Origin: Escherichia coli
GTDB lineage: Bacteria; Pseudomonadota; Gammaproteobacteria; Enterobacterales; Enterobacteriaceae
Length of the DNA stretch: 64,000 nt
Assembly: GCF_030013595.1 (NCBI RefSeq)
Contig: NZ_CP122768.1
Reading direction: 5' to 3' (one strand)
Shown here: positions 54,924 to 64,000 of the stretch, piece after piece
Position numbering within the stretch: position 1 is the first letter of the stretch
How the letters are laid out: each line of letters opens with the position of its first letter
Notes under the pieces: model-generated
The model's input: only the letters and a program-made list of their open reading frames with translations
The model's database searches: none
Told to the model about the DNA's origin: nothing
Translations under genes and position numbers: made by a program

Positions 54924-55912
54924 TCTTTGTCCTCTGCTTTCATTAAAACGGCGCGCTCGGTTCTGACTAACAATTTTCCCTGCATCAGAAGCGCAAAAGT
55001 ACGGATGAGCAGTATTGCAATAATAAAATTGGTAAAGATAAACAGCGGCACCGCCAGCGTATGAAAAAATCCATTATCGCTGCCACTCCCCATATGCAAA
55101 CCGGTGGTTGCCAGTGCAGATACGCCGAACGAGAAACTCCAGAATGAAGCATTAAATGGCTGGGAGAGATACCATGGCATCAGACGTAGCATAAACAGCA
55201 GTTGCAGCAGCCCATAACCGAAAAGCATTTTCGCCAGCGTGTCACCCTCGCCGCCGTTGACGCTTAGCCAGGCACTACAGGCCACCAGCGCAGGAGCGAG
55301 CTGAATGCCGAGTGATGTCCGCAGTGCCGTGGGTAATTCTCCCGAACTGCGCAGACGCTGCAAGATCACCGGTTCAAGGCTTAGCCATGAGAAAACGCCT
55401 GCGCCTAAAAACACCAGACCGGCGTCGGTGTAGCCCAACGCACCACAGGCCATTGCGCTGATAAAGTTGTTGGCAACTGTCGGCAGATACAGTCCAGGCG
55501 TGGTAGCTTCTTCAGGGTGAGATCCGCGCCATAATCCCGCAGTTTGCCATGCGGCATAAGCCAGTTGCACCACGACACCAAAACTGAACAGGCACACCGC
55601 CAGTGGGCGAAACCACGGAACAAAACCAATCGCCACCAGCATCGTCGTTGCCGGAAACAAACTCACAAAACTGCTCAGCACTGGATGGCGCACTTCCGCC
55701 AGCACGCTATGCGGAAAGCGTATGAGTCGGGTAATAAATGCGCTAGTTAATAATCCCCAGATGATCATCGCCAGAATCACCAGCCCATCCCCTAACCAGT
55801 GGCTGACCTGCCAAACCTGGCTGGCATAGCGCCAGGCAAATCCCATCCCTATCGTCCCCAACACAATACCAAAGTAGCCTGCCGGCAAATTGAGCACTTT
55901 ATCGCTCTGCAT
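54920..55912 (-). CDS. tehA: Tellurite resistance / dicarboxylate-exporter family protein TehA
   Basis: Start at [20 protein letters not shown] gives 330 aa. Overlaps tehB by 4 nt. Confidence 0.9.
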   Translation of the reverse strand: MQSDKVLNLPAGYFGIVLGTIGMGFAWRYASQVWQVSHWLGDGLVILAMIIWGLLTSAFITRLIRFPHSVLAEVRHPVLSSFVSLFPATTMLVAIGFVPWFRPLAVCLFSFGVVVQLAYAAWQTAGLWRGSHPEEATTPGLYLPTVANNFISAMACGALGYTDAGLVFLGAGVFSWLSLEPVILQRLRSSGELPTALRTSLGIQLAPALVACSAWLSVNGGEGDTLAKMLFGYGLLQLLFMLRLMPWYLSQPFNASFWSFSFGVSALATTGLHMGSGSDNGFFHTLAVPLFIFTNFIIAILLIRTFALLMQGKLLVRTERAVLMKAEDKE

Positions 55913-56035
55913 CTTCTTACTCATTTTGTTTAATTTATAAAGTATATTTGAAATGCATTTTATGGAATTTTCTCGAGCATAGCCAGAGCCGCAGAATTTG
56001 CTACGGTTATAGTAAGTCACCTGTGGGAAAACGCT

Positions 56036-57016
56036 ATGCGCAAATATCGTCTAAGTGAAGAACAGCGAGCCTTTAGTTATCAGGAAGATGGCACTAAAAA
56101 AAGTGTGTTATTACGGCAGATTATCGCCATTAGCGATTTTAACGATGTGATAGCAGGAACCGCTGGCGGCTGGATCGATCGCGAAACGGTGTTAGCACAG
56201 GAAGGAAATTGCTGGATTTACGACCAGAATGCTATTGCGTTCGGCGGAGCGGTGATTTCCGGTAATACGCGTATCACCGGCACCAGCGTGCTGTGGGGAG
56301 AGGTTTACGCAACGGATAACGTCTGGATCGATAATAGTGAAATCAGCCAGGGTGCATATATAAGTGACAGCGTCACCATTCATGACTCATTAGTTTACGG
56401 GCAATGTAGAATATTTGGTCACGCCTTAATTGATCAACATTCTATGATCGTCGCCGCACAAGGCTTAACGCCCGACCATCAACTCCTGCTCCAAATTTAT
56501 GATCGCGCAAGGGTTAGCGCCTCGCGTATTGTCCACCAGGCACAAATTTATGGCGATGCCGTCGTCCGGTATGCTTTTATTGAACATCGCGCCGAAGTTT
56601 TTGATTTTGCCAGCGTTGAAGGTAATGAAGAGAACAACGTCTGGCTATGCGATTGCGCTAAAGTCTACGGTCACGCGCAGGTGAAAGCTGGCATAGAAGA
56701 AGATGCCATTCCGACGATTCATTACAGTTCGCAGGTGGCGGAATATGCCATTGTGGAAGGTAATTGTGTGTTAAAACATCATGTCTTGATTGGCGGAAAT
56801 GCCGTGGTATGTGGCGGACCGATTCTGCTCGACGAGCACGTTGTCATACAAGGTGAGAGCCGTATTACAGGTGCGGTGATAATTGAAAACCATGTGGAGT
56901 TAACCGACCACGCCGTCGTTGAAGCCTTTGATGGCGACACGGTTCATGTCCGTGGTCCAAAAGTCATTAACGGCGAGGAACGCATTACTCGAACGCCACT
57001 GGCAGGGTTATTGTGA
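56036..57016 (+). CDS. ydcK: Bacterial transferase hexapeptide-like protein YdcK
   Basis: 326 aa, matching K-12 YdcK. Confidence 0.9.
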   Translation: MRKYRLSEEQRAFSYQEDGTKKSVLLRQIIAISDFNDVIAGTAGGWIDRETVLAQEGNCWIYDQNAIAFGGAVISGNTRITGTSVLWGEVYATDNVWIDNSEISQGAYISDSVTIHDSLVYGQCRIFGHALIDQHSMIVAAQGLTPDHQLLLQIYDRARVSASRIVHQAQIYGDAVVRYAFIEHRAEVFDFASVEGNEENNVWLCDCAKVYGHAQVKAGIEEDAIPTIHYSSQVAEYAIVEGNCVLKHHVLIGGNAVVCGGPILLDEHVVIQGESRITGAVIIENHVELTDHAVVEAFDGDTVHVRGPKVINGEERITRTPLAGLL

Positions 57017-57547
57017 ATCGATAATAAGCGCGTATAAGTTCACATCATCATAGGCATCATTCAGGAACTCAGCCTGTTTCAGGCAACCTTCAAGGATAAA
57101 ACCATTGCGCAAAGCGACCTGGTTGCTTTGCGCATTGTCCACCCGACATTTGATCACGAAGCGTCTAAGTTCACCAGACTGAGCGTAATGATGAATCAAT
57201 GCCTGCAGCGCCTGAGAAATGATCCCCTGCCCCTGATGAGATTCGTCCAGCCAGTAGCCGATTTCAGCGGTTTTATTCAGTGGTTCAATACGATTAAACG
57301 AGATAACGCCGATAAGTTCATCTTCTTTGAAAATCATGAACATTTTGGCATAGCCGCGTTGATGCAACATCACATTACCCTGCACCGTTTTTCGCGTGTC
57401 CTCTTCACTCTGAACAAACTGCGGCCAGTTTAGCGACTGCTGTAACCAGGTTTTATTTTTACAGATTAACTGATAAAGAGGTATGACATGACTTTCTGCA
57501 ACAGCATGTAATTCAAGTGATTCACTTACTTTTATCGTTTCAGTCAT
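57008..57547 (-). CDS. rimL: Ribosomal protein L7/L12 serine N-acetyltransferase
   Basis: Start at [16 protein letters not shown] gives 179 aa. GNAT fold. Confidence 0.9.
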   Translation of the reverse strand: MTETIKVSESLELHAVAESHVIPLYQLICKNKTWLQQSLNWPQFVQSEEDTRKTVQGNVMLHQRGYAKMFMIFKEDELIGVISFNRIEPLNKTAEIGYWLDESHQGQGIISQALQALIHHYAQSGELRRFVIKCRVDNAQSNQVALRNGFILEGCLKQAEFLNDAYDDVNLYALIIDSQ

Positions 57548-57609
57548 CTTATCTCCAGTCAATCCATGCAGTTGTTAAAAAAGCCGCCTGGCTGGCGGCT
57601 TAGGAAAGT

Positions 57610-57834
57610 TTACACCTCTTTGACGCTCTCCTGCTGCAGGATTTTGAGCATCTCATCTTTTAACTGTAACTTTTGTTTTTTCATGCGGACCACTTCCGCA
57701 TTGTACCCTCGACCGTCGGAACCTTCCTTTCTGGCAATTTCATGATCAAGTTTATTGTGTTTATCGAACAAGGACATAAAGCGAGGATTTTCGTTTTTCA
57801 GACGGGATATTAAATCTCGGTATTCTGGAAACAT
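57610..57834 (-). CDS. ydcH: DUF465 protein YdcH
   Basis: MFPEYRDLISRLKNENPRFMSLFDKHNKLDHEI..., 74 aa. Confidence 0.85.
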   Translation of the reverse strand: MFPEYRDLISRLKNENPRFMSLFDKHNKLDHEIARKEGSDGRGYNAEVVRMKKQKLQLKDEMLKILQQESVKEV

Positions 57835-57973
57835 ACGCACTCCCTGTTAGTGGCTGACAAGGTGTATCTGAAATACACACTATCAGATTACTCATTTAAC
57901 TTAGGGAAAAATGCGAGCGGGATCGTGTTTAACCAGACGGCACCTCCCGAAGAAGGTGCCGAAGAAAAAACGA

Positions 57974-59629
57974 TTAACTCATCACGCGGTCGTCAACATA
58001 CTGACGTTTATCCGGCGCTGGCGGGAAATACTGATACAGCCATGTTTCACTGATAGCGTCGCCCTGACAACGCAGATACATCCGCATATCGACCGGATCA
58101 GTGGAGTCCGAAGTCGGATACCAGTCAAACTGAATACGATAACCATCAATGGGTTCAATATAGAGAATTTCGATTTGCTTCGCTTCCCCACTGGAAAGCG
58201 TAATCACCGGCTCAATGCCTTTTGGTGCGGCAGCTTTCAGATCACCACCAACGAAATCGACGGCAAAACGACGCGCCCATTTTTCGGGATAGTGTTCACC
58301 TGGCGCCCAACCTTCCGGGAAACCGCCCATGCCGGTACGCGTCGCCATAACGCGCGCTAATGGGCAATGAACAGGCGGTTGCGCACTCCAGTACAGACGA
58401 TACTGGAATGCAAACTCATCACCCGCTTTTACAGCTTTTTCTGGCTGCCAGAAGCAGACAATGTTATCCAGCGTTTCACCCGTAGTTGGGATTTCCATCA
58501 GGCCGATGGTGCCCTTACCCCACTTGTTACGCGGTTCCACCCACAGACTTGGGCGTTTGTTATACCAGCCCATAATGTCCTGATAATGAGAGAAATCACG
58601 ATCCAGTTGCAATAAACCAAACCCTTTCGGGTTGTTGTCGGTGTAAGCATTGAACTGCAATTTTTGCGGATTGCTCAGCGGACGGCAAATCCACTCGCCG
58701 TTGCCCCGCCACATGGACAGACGATCAGAGTCATGGATTTGCGGATGAATGGTGTCGCACATCCGACGTTCATTAGTACCGCAGCTGAACATGCTGGTCA
58801 TCGGCGCAATGCCCAGCTGTTTAATGTCTTTGCGCGCATACAGGTGATTTTCCACATCCATAATCACCTGACTTTTCTCACAATGGATAGTGAACTTATA
58901 GGCACCAGTAATGCTGGTGCTATCGAGCAACGCATAAACGGTAAAGGTGGTTGCCCCCGGTTTTACCGTATCAAACCAGAAGGCGGTAAAGTCGGGGAAC
59001 TCTTCTTTACTGTCGGTGTAAGTGTCGATCGCCAGGCCGCGAGCCGATAGACCGTATTGATATGTGTCGTCAACGGCGCGGAAATAACTCGCACCGAGGA
59101 ATGATACTACATCACGGCGCGCCAGTTCGGGGGCTTTAAACACGCGAAAACCGGCAAAACCGAGATCGCTTTGCCCTTCTAATTGTTTGGTATCAACACC
59201 CGCATCGTTGTATTTGAACAACTCCGGGCGAAAGTGAATTTCACGCGCCAGATGTGTTGCGGGATCAACAGAAAACATACGAACGCGGCGACGGAAACCC
59301 ATTCCCATATGGAAGAACTGAGCGTCCAGTTGACGGTTCTCAACGTTATGCCAGAGCGATTTTTCGGCGTCGTATTGAATACTGTTATAAGCCTGCGGCG
59401 TCATTGTCGCCAGAGTGTCAGGTAACGGACGCGGCGCACCACGCCACGCGGTTTGCGCTAAGTCGTGCGCCATTGACTGTAGAATGGAGAAGTCAAAACG
59501 CTGGGTTTGCCCGTCGGCAATATCAGAATCTGCCGCGAATGCCGCCTGAGAAAAAAGAGAAGCAATGCCGCTGGTACCGCACACGGCGGCCATAGCCATT
59601 GAACCTTTAATAAATCGTCTACGATCCAT
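57974..59629 (-). CDS. opgD: Osmoregulated periplasmic glucan biosynthesis protein D (Tat-exported)
   Basis: 551 aa with twin-arginine signal [16 protein letters not shown]. Confidence 0.95.
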   Translation of the reverse strand: MDRRRFIKGSMAMAAVCGTSGIASLFSQAAFAADSDIADGQTQRFDFSILQSMAHDLAQTAWRGAPRPLPDTLATMTPQAYNSIQYDAEKSLWHNVENRQLDAQFFHMGMGFRRRVRMFSVDPATHLAREIHFRPELFKYNDAGVDTKQLEGQSDLGFAGFRVFKAPELARRDVVSFLGASYFRAVDDTYQYGLSARGLAIDTYTDSKEEFPDFTAFWFDTVKPGATTFTVYALLDSTSITGAYKFTIHCEKSQVIMDVENHLYARKDIKQLGIAPMTSMFSCGTNERRMCDTIHPQIHDSDRLSMWRGNGEWICRPLSNPQKLQFNAYTDNNPKGFGLLQLDRDFSHYQDIMGWYNKRPSLWVEPRNKWGKGTIGLMEIPTTGETLDNIVCFWQPEKAVKAGDEFAFQYRLYWSAQPPVHCPLARVMATRTGMGGFPEGWAPGEHYPEKWARRFAVDFVGGDLKAAAPKGIEPVITLSSGEAKQIEILYIEPIDGYRIQFDWYPTSDSTDPVDMRMYLRCQGDAISETWLYQYFPPAPDKRQYVDDRVMS

Positions 59630-59853
59630 ACCTGAAAGTGAGTCCTTCTGGTGTTGTGAATGGTCCCGCGCTGGTCGTTTTCAGCGGCAAGAAAGTGCTT
59701 ATTTATGACCGCTCACTCTAGACAATATTTATTAATAATCCAATTGTTGAACTCAGAGAATATGCATTAATCGGCAATTTTTTTATGTCGATGGGATGAG
59801 CCTGATTCGTTTGTAAAATCAGGCAAATTTTTGCAAAGGCGGATGGTCAGAAT

Positions 59854-61197
59854 TTAAAGCAAACCACAGCGACGTTTACTGCGATCTTCCGCTTCCTGAT
59901 AAAGCTGGAACTCATCCAAAACCGGGCAGCCCAACGCCTGCTCAAATGTTTCGCGACTGGCATTACCGTGACTGCGTGCCTGCGTTTCATTACCCAGATT
60001 TGACTGGAAGATCCCCGCCGCGCTAACGGGCAAGAAATCTTCATAGGTAATGGGTTGCGCCACTACCCAACCACGTTCAATTAAGGGCTGTGGATCGTCT
60101 CCGGGATGAATCGCCTGACGATGCGCCTCACCCGAAGGCGTCAGACGGTACCGGAACCATGCCAGCCCTTGCTGACGCATTAAAAACTCACTGTCAGGAA
60201 AAGCGCGGAAGGTTTCCTGTAAATGCATTTGGTGAGTGAGATTATCCTGCCCGGTTCCAGCGTTCCGCAGTAGATCATCATACAGTTGTCGTCCTTTCGG
60301 CGTTAATGCCACGCCACGCTGCTCTATTTCACCAAAGCGCGCGGTATGCGTGCCCTGTTTCTGCCCTGCAAACAACACCGTCTCTTCCAGTGCTTTAAAG
60401 CTGGTCTGGCGTAGTAAAATAGGTACCTCGCGGCGCGGCGGCCCTTCGATCAGAATTTTGGGTTCAATCCCGCATTCAGGCATCATCGACTGCACCCGGT
60501 CAATATCCAGCGTGCGTGGCGTCAGGTGGTTGATATGGCATCCAGGAAAACAGACCACATCAGCAATCAGCCGATGTTCGTTATGCAAGGCGCGATAGGT
60601 TACTTCATCCACCGTTGCTGACTGGTGCCAGCGAAACGTTTCCAGGGCTTCCTGCACAAACTCCTGTGCCTGTGTTTCGTTAAAACCGCCCCGCTGCTCA
60701 TATTCCTCTAACAGTTGTCGACAACGTGGGGTGAAGATATCGCGCTGACGCAGAATCTCCGCTGCTTTCTGGCGCAAAAATTCGTTCTCGATAAGCTCAA
60801 GGCGGAGTAATGAGGTAAAAATGCGGAAGGGATTACGCGCCAGAGAAGCATCATCAATGGGCCGAAATGCTGTGGAATGTACCGGCACTCCCGCCTGCGA
60901 GAGATCGTAATAGCTCACCGGGTACATCCCCATAATGGCAAACATCCGCCGAAGAGTAGCAAGCTCTTGTGCAGTCCCAACGCGAATCGCCCCATGACGT
61001 TCAACATTCAGTCGCGCCAGCTCGTCTGCATTTACCATTTTTTCGTGCAGTTGAGGATTGTTTTCCAGCACAGCCAGATTCACATCAGCTACCAGTTCCA
61101 GCAGCGTGCCGTACTGCGGAACTTCTTGCTGGTACATGGCTGACATTGCCTGCGAAAACTGTTCCCGAATCTCATCCGCCGTGATGCTGTTCGCCAT
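59854..61197 (-). CDS. ydcJ: DUF1338 family metalloenzyme YdcJ
   Basis: 447 aa, matching K-12 YdcJ. Confidence 0.9.
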   Translation of the reverse strand: MANSITADEIREQFSQAMSAMYQQEVPQYGTLLELVADVNLAVLENNPQLHEKMVNADELARLNVERHGAIRVGTAQELATLRRMFAIMGMYPVSYYDLSQAGVPVHSTAFRPIDDASLARNPFRIFTSLLRLELIENEFLRQKAAEILRQRDIFTPRCRQLLEEYEQRGGFNETQAQEFVQEALETFRWHQSATVDEVTYRALHNEHRLIADVVCFPGCHINHLTPRTLDIDRVQSMMPECGIEPKILIEGPPRREVPILLRQTSFKALEETVLFAGQKQGTHTARFGEIEQRGVALTPKGRQLYDDLLRNAGTGQDNLTHQMHLQETFRAFPDSEFLMRQQGLAWFRYRLTPSGEAHRQAIHPGDDPQPLIERGWVVAQPITYEDFLPVSAAGIFQSNLGNETQARSHGNASRETFEQALGCPVLDEFQLYQEAEDRSKRRCGLL

Positions 61198-61413
61198 AAT
61201 GTCTGCCTCCAGTGGTCAGTAATCTGGAGTGTAGGTAACCGCATTCACTCTGGCGGGAAGAATTTGCAAACTGTGATCTCGCCGCGAAAACATTAATATT
61301 ATCCATTTTGATGTAATACAATTGCTTTAATTGTTAATAATATTTTGCAATCAAGTTATCATAATCAAACAACTTCACTTGTCAGCGACACCGCTTCGTT
61401 TTTAACATCGCTT

Positions 61414-62337
61414 ATGGAAAAAAATAGTCTGTTTAGTCAGCGCATCCGTTTGCGCCACCTTCATACATTCGTAGCTGTCGCACAACAAGGAACTTTGGGG
61501 CGCGCGGCTGAAACCCTTAATTTGAGTCAACCTGCGCTCTCTAAGACATTGAATGAACTGGAGCAACTGACGGGCGCTCGCTTGTTTGAGCGTGGTCGTC
61601 AGGGGGCGCAACTTACCTTACCCGGCGAACAATTTTTAACGCATGCAGTCAGAGTTCTTGACGCCATCAACACTGCCGGACAGTCGCTTCATCGTAAAGA
61701 AGGTCTTAATAATGATGTCGTCAGGGTTGGTGCACTACCTACTGCGGCACTGGGGATATTACCTTCGGTTATAGGTCAGTTTCATCAGCAACAAAAAGAG
61801 ACGACCTTGCAAGTTGCGACAATGAGTAACCCTATGATTCTGGCGGGTTTGAAAACCGGGGAAATCGATATCGGCATTGGTCGGATGTCAGATCCTGAAC
61901 TGATGACCGGGCTTAATTACGAACTGCTGTTTCTTGAATCGCTGAAGCTGGTTGTCCGCCCTAATCATCCGCTACTTCAGGAGAACGTAACGCTAAGCCG
62001 GGTGCTGGAATGGCCGGTCGTTGTATCACCAGAAGGCACTGCGCCACGCCAGCATTCAGATGCATTAGTGCAGAGCCAGGGATGTAAAATTCCTTCGGGT
62101 TGTATCGAAACGCTGTCTGCTTCGCTATCTCGTCAACTTACGGTTGAATACGATTACGTGTGGTTTGTCCCTTCTGGCGCTGTAAAAGACGACCTGCGTC
62201 AAGCCACGCTGGTGGCCCTGCCTGTTCCTGGACATGGTGCAGGCGAACCGATTGGAATACTGACCCGCGTAGATGCAACGTTCTCTTCTGGTTGCCAGTT
62301 GATGATTAACGCTATTCGAAAATCAATGCCGTTCTGA
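61414..62337 (+). CDS. ydcI: LysR-family transcriptional regulator YdcI
   Basis: Start at MEKNSLFSQRIRLRHLHTFVAVAQQGTLGRAAE gives 307 aa. Confidence 0.9.
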   Translation: MEKNSLFSQRIRLRHLHTFVAVAQQGTLGRAAETLNLSQPALSKTLNELEQLTGARLFERGRQGAQLTLPGEQFLTHAVRVLDAINTAGQSLHRKEGLNNDVVRVGALPTAALGILPSVIGQFHQQQKETTLQVATMSNPMILAGLKTGEIDIGIGRMSDPELMTGLNYELLFLESLKLVVRPNHPLLQENVTLSRVLEWPVVVSPEGTAPRQHSDALVQSQGCKIPSGCIETLSASLSRQLTVEYDYVWFVPSGAVKDDLRQATLVALPVPGHGAGEPIGILTRVDATFSSGCQLMINAIRKSMPF

Positions 62338-62374
62338 AAGGTGAAGGGATCTGTCGATCCCTCCTTTAACATTT

Positions 62375-64000
62375 TCACACCGTAGCGAAACTAACTGGTT
62401 TACCAACTCCGCGAGGTTCTGCCGACACAGAATGTTTGTTCAGACGGAATACGTCCACCGCCTCAGTTAATCGTGCAGCCTGTTCTTCAAGGGACACCGC
62501 CGCCGCTGAGGCCTCTTCTACCAGAGAAGCATTCTGTTGCGTCACCTTATCCATTTCAGAAATCGCCTGGCTAACCTGAGTTATGCCTCTACTTTGTTCA
62601 TCCGAGGCGGCGGCGATTTCCTGCATGATATGTGTGACACTCGCGACGGCATCAACAATAGTGCTCATGGTTTTCCCTGCCGTTGCCACCTCATCCGACC
62701 CCAGGTCAATTAACCTGACTGATTCACTGATCAAGCCTTCAATCTCTTTCGCCGCCTGAGCGCTGCGGCTTGCGAGTGTCCGTACTTCGCTGGCGACAAC
62801 GGCAAATCCACGCCCTTGCTCACCCGCTCGCGCGGCTTCAACGGCAGCATTCAGTGCCAGAATATTCGTCTGGAAAGCAATACTGTTGATGACGGCGGTG
62901 ATCTCAGAAATTTTCTTCGAACTCGTGGAGATAGCGCCCATCGTTTTTACTACACCGGAAACCGTCTGCCCGCCATCGCTGGCTTTAATAGAAGCCTCTT
63001 GCGCCAGTTTGCTGGCATGATGCGCGTTATCCGCATTCTGTTTCACCGTCGCAGTAAGTTGCTCCATGCTGGCGGCAGTTTGTTCGATAGCCGCCGCTTG
63101 TTCTTCGGTGCGAGATGACAGGTCCGCATTGCCAGCTGAAATTTCGCTGGTGCCACGATAAATCTCTTCCGCACCCTGTCGAACAGTCCCTACTGTCATC
63201 CCCAGTGAATGCTGCATTTGCTGTAAATGACGACTTAAGCGACCGATTTCATTACGACCCGCCGGTTCATCATTCATCGTCAGATCGCCACTGGCGATTT
63301 TTTCAATCCGTTGTGCGGCATGTTGCAGTGGACGAATGACGATCCGACGTAGCACTATAAATGTTATCAGCGTCATGACCAGGGCAAGCACAAACGCGCC
63401 AATCATGAACATCCCACCCAGGCGGGTGCGCTGATGGGCCAGTTCCGCCAGTTGGTTGGCTCTGGCGCTACGTATCTTAACGGCTTTGCTCAAAATATCG
63501 GTATAAGCATTATCCAGCGGTCGGATCTGCTCACTTTCATGATTGATAATCGCTTCAAACATGCCATTTTTGGCATATTTCAACATCGGTTGCATACCCG
63601 TGATATAAGCCTGGAAGCGTTGATTTAATTCAGTGTCGAGGGCTTCATCAGCAGGTGTTTTCACCGACCGATTCTGATAAGCACGATAACCTTGCTGCGA
63701 CTGTTTAATCTCCGATTCGGCTTGCGCAATATTTCGCTTCATTGCTTCCAATTCCGCAATACGACTCGCAGCACCGGCCTGAATCATATTGATCCGGGCT
63801 GAACGCAAAAAATCTGAACTGTTCGCTAACCCGGTCCGAATCTCAATCTCCGCAGTAACATCCCGCTGATCGCGATCGGCCTGCCAAAGGAAATAGCCGG
63901 CCAGGGCTGAACTTAATGCGAATAGAACTAAGATACCGCCAAGAATGCAGGCAAATAACGGAACCAGCCTGATGTGATGCAAAAAACCTAATCGCTGTGA
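62375..64000 (-). CDS. trg: Methyl-accepting chemotaxis protein III (ribose/galactose sensor), N-terminus cut by the window edge
   Basis: The frame is open to the window end (...[22 protein letters not shown]). Contains HAMP and the highly conserved MCP signalling domain. Confidence 0.9.
   Translation of the reverse strand, partial: SQRLGFLHHIRLVPLFACILGGILVLFALSSALAGYFLWQADRDQRDVTAEIEIRTGLANSSDFLRSARINMIQAGAASRIAELEAMKRNIAQAESEIKQSQQGYRAYQNRSVKTPADEALDTELNQRFQAYITGMQPMLKYAKNGMFEAIINHESEQIRPLDNAYTDILSKAVKIRSARANQLAELAHQRTRLGGMFMIGAFVLALVMTLITFIVLRRIVIRPLQHAAQRIEKIASGDLTMNDEPAGRNEIGRLSRHLQQMQHSLGMTVGTVRQGAEEIYRGTSEISAGNADLSSRTEEQAAAIEQTAASMEQLTATVKQNADNAHHASKLAQEASIKASDGGQTVSGVVKTMGAISTSSKKISEITAVINSIAFQTNILALNAAVEAARAGEQGRGFAVVASEVRTLASRSAQAAKEIEGLISESVRLIDLGSDEVATAGKTMSTIVDAVASVTHIMQEIAAASDEQSRGITQVSQAISEMDKVTQQNASLVEEASAAAVSLEEQAARLTEAVDVFRLNKHSVSAEPRGVGKPVSFATV

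Overview
This is an Escherichia coli chromosomal segment. I recognise the proteins from memory as the K-12 yncD-mcbR-curA...ydcR / hicAB...trg neighbourhood, in inverted orientation relative to K-12 numbering. No database search was possible. Two accessory insertions interrupt the core. (1) A 35.85-kb siphovirus-type prophage (12559-48421) sits inside the hicB antitoxin gene, bounded by a 9-bp TTTAGGTTT repeat. It carries a large serine recombinase, a T4 UvsW-like helicase gene split by IS1 (9-bp target duplication), and a complete lambda-like head/tail/lysis operon on the minus strand. It also has a 7-kb control region with almost no recognisable functions. (2) A roughly 1.4-kb AT-rich islet between yncL and patD carries a Vat/XAT-type hexapeptide acetyltransferase. 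The signals most worth a second look are all in the prophage. (a) The major capsid and major tail-tube ORFs both end in TGA followed by in-frame, stop-free extensions that share peptide blocks (NEELP..., VVTAKATAK[KR]), encoded partly with synonymous codon differences; this suggests programmed UGA readthrough. (b) The insertion removes the HTH recognition helix of HicB but leaves hicA intact, a potentially reversible switch on a toxin-antitoxin locus. (c) A 1.3-kb stretch has no ORF of 60 aa or more (44.1-45.4 kb). It holds nine direct TTCAGGGGCAAAA iterons, two near-consensus tandem promoters, a roughly 380-nt terminated leader with repeated hairpins, and a CTAG- and tetraloop-hairpin-rich segment. 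No recognisable repressor or replication initiator is present. (d) A near-consensus promoter would be assembled only across attP. Gene names for core genes rest on my recall of K-12 protein sequences. Phage gene functions rest on motifs, gene order and size, and are less certain.
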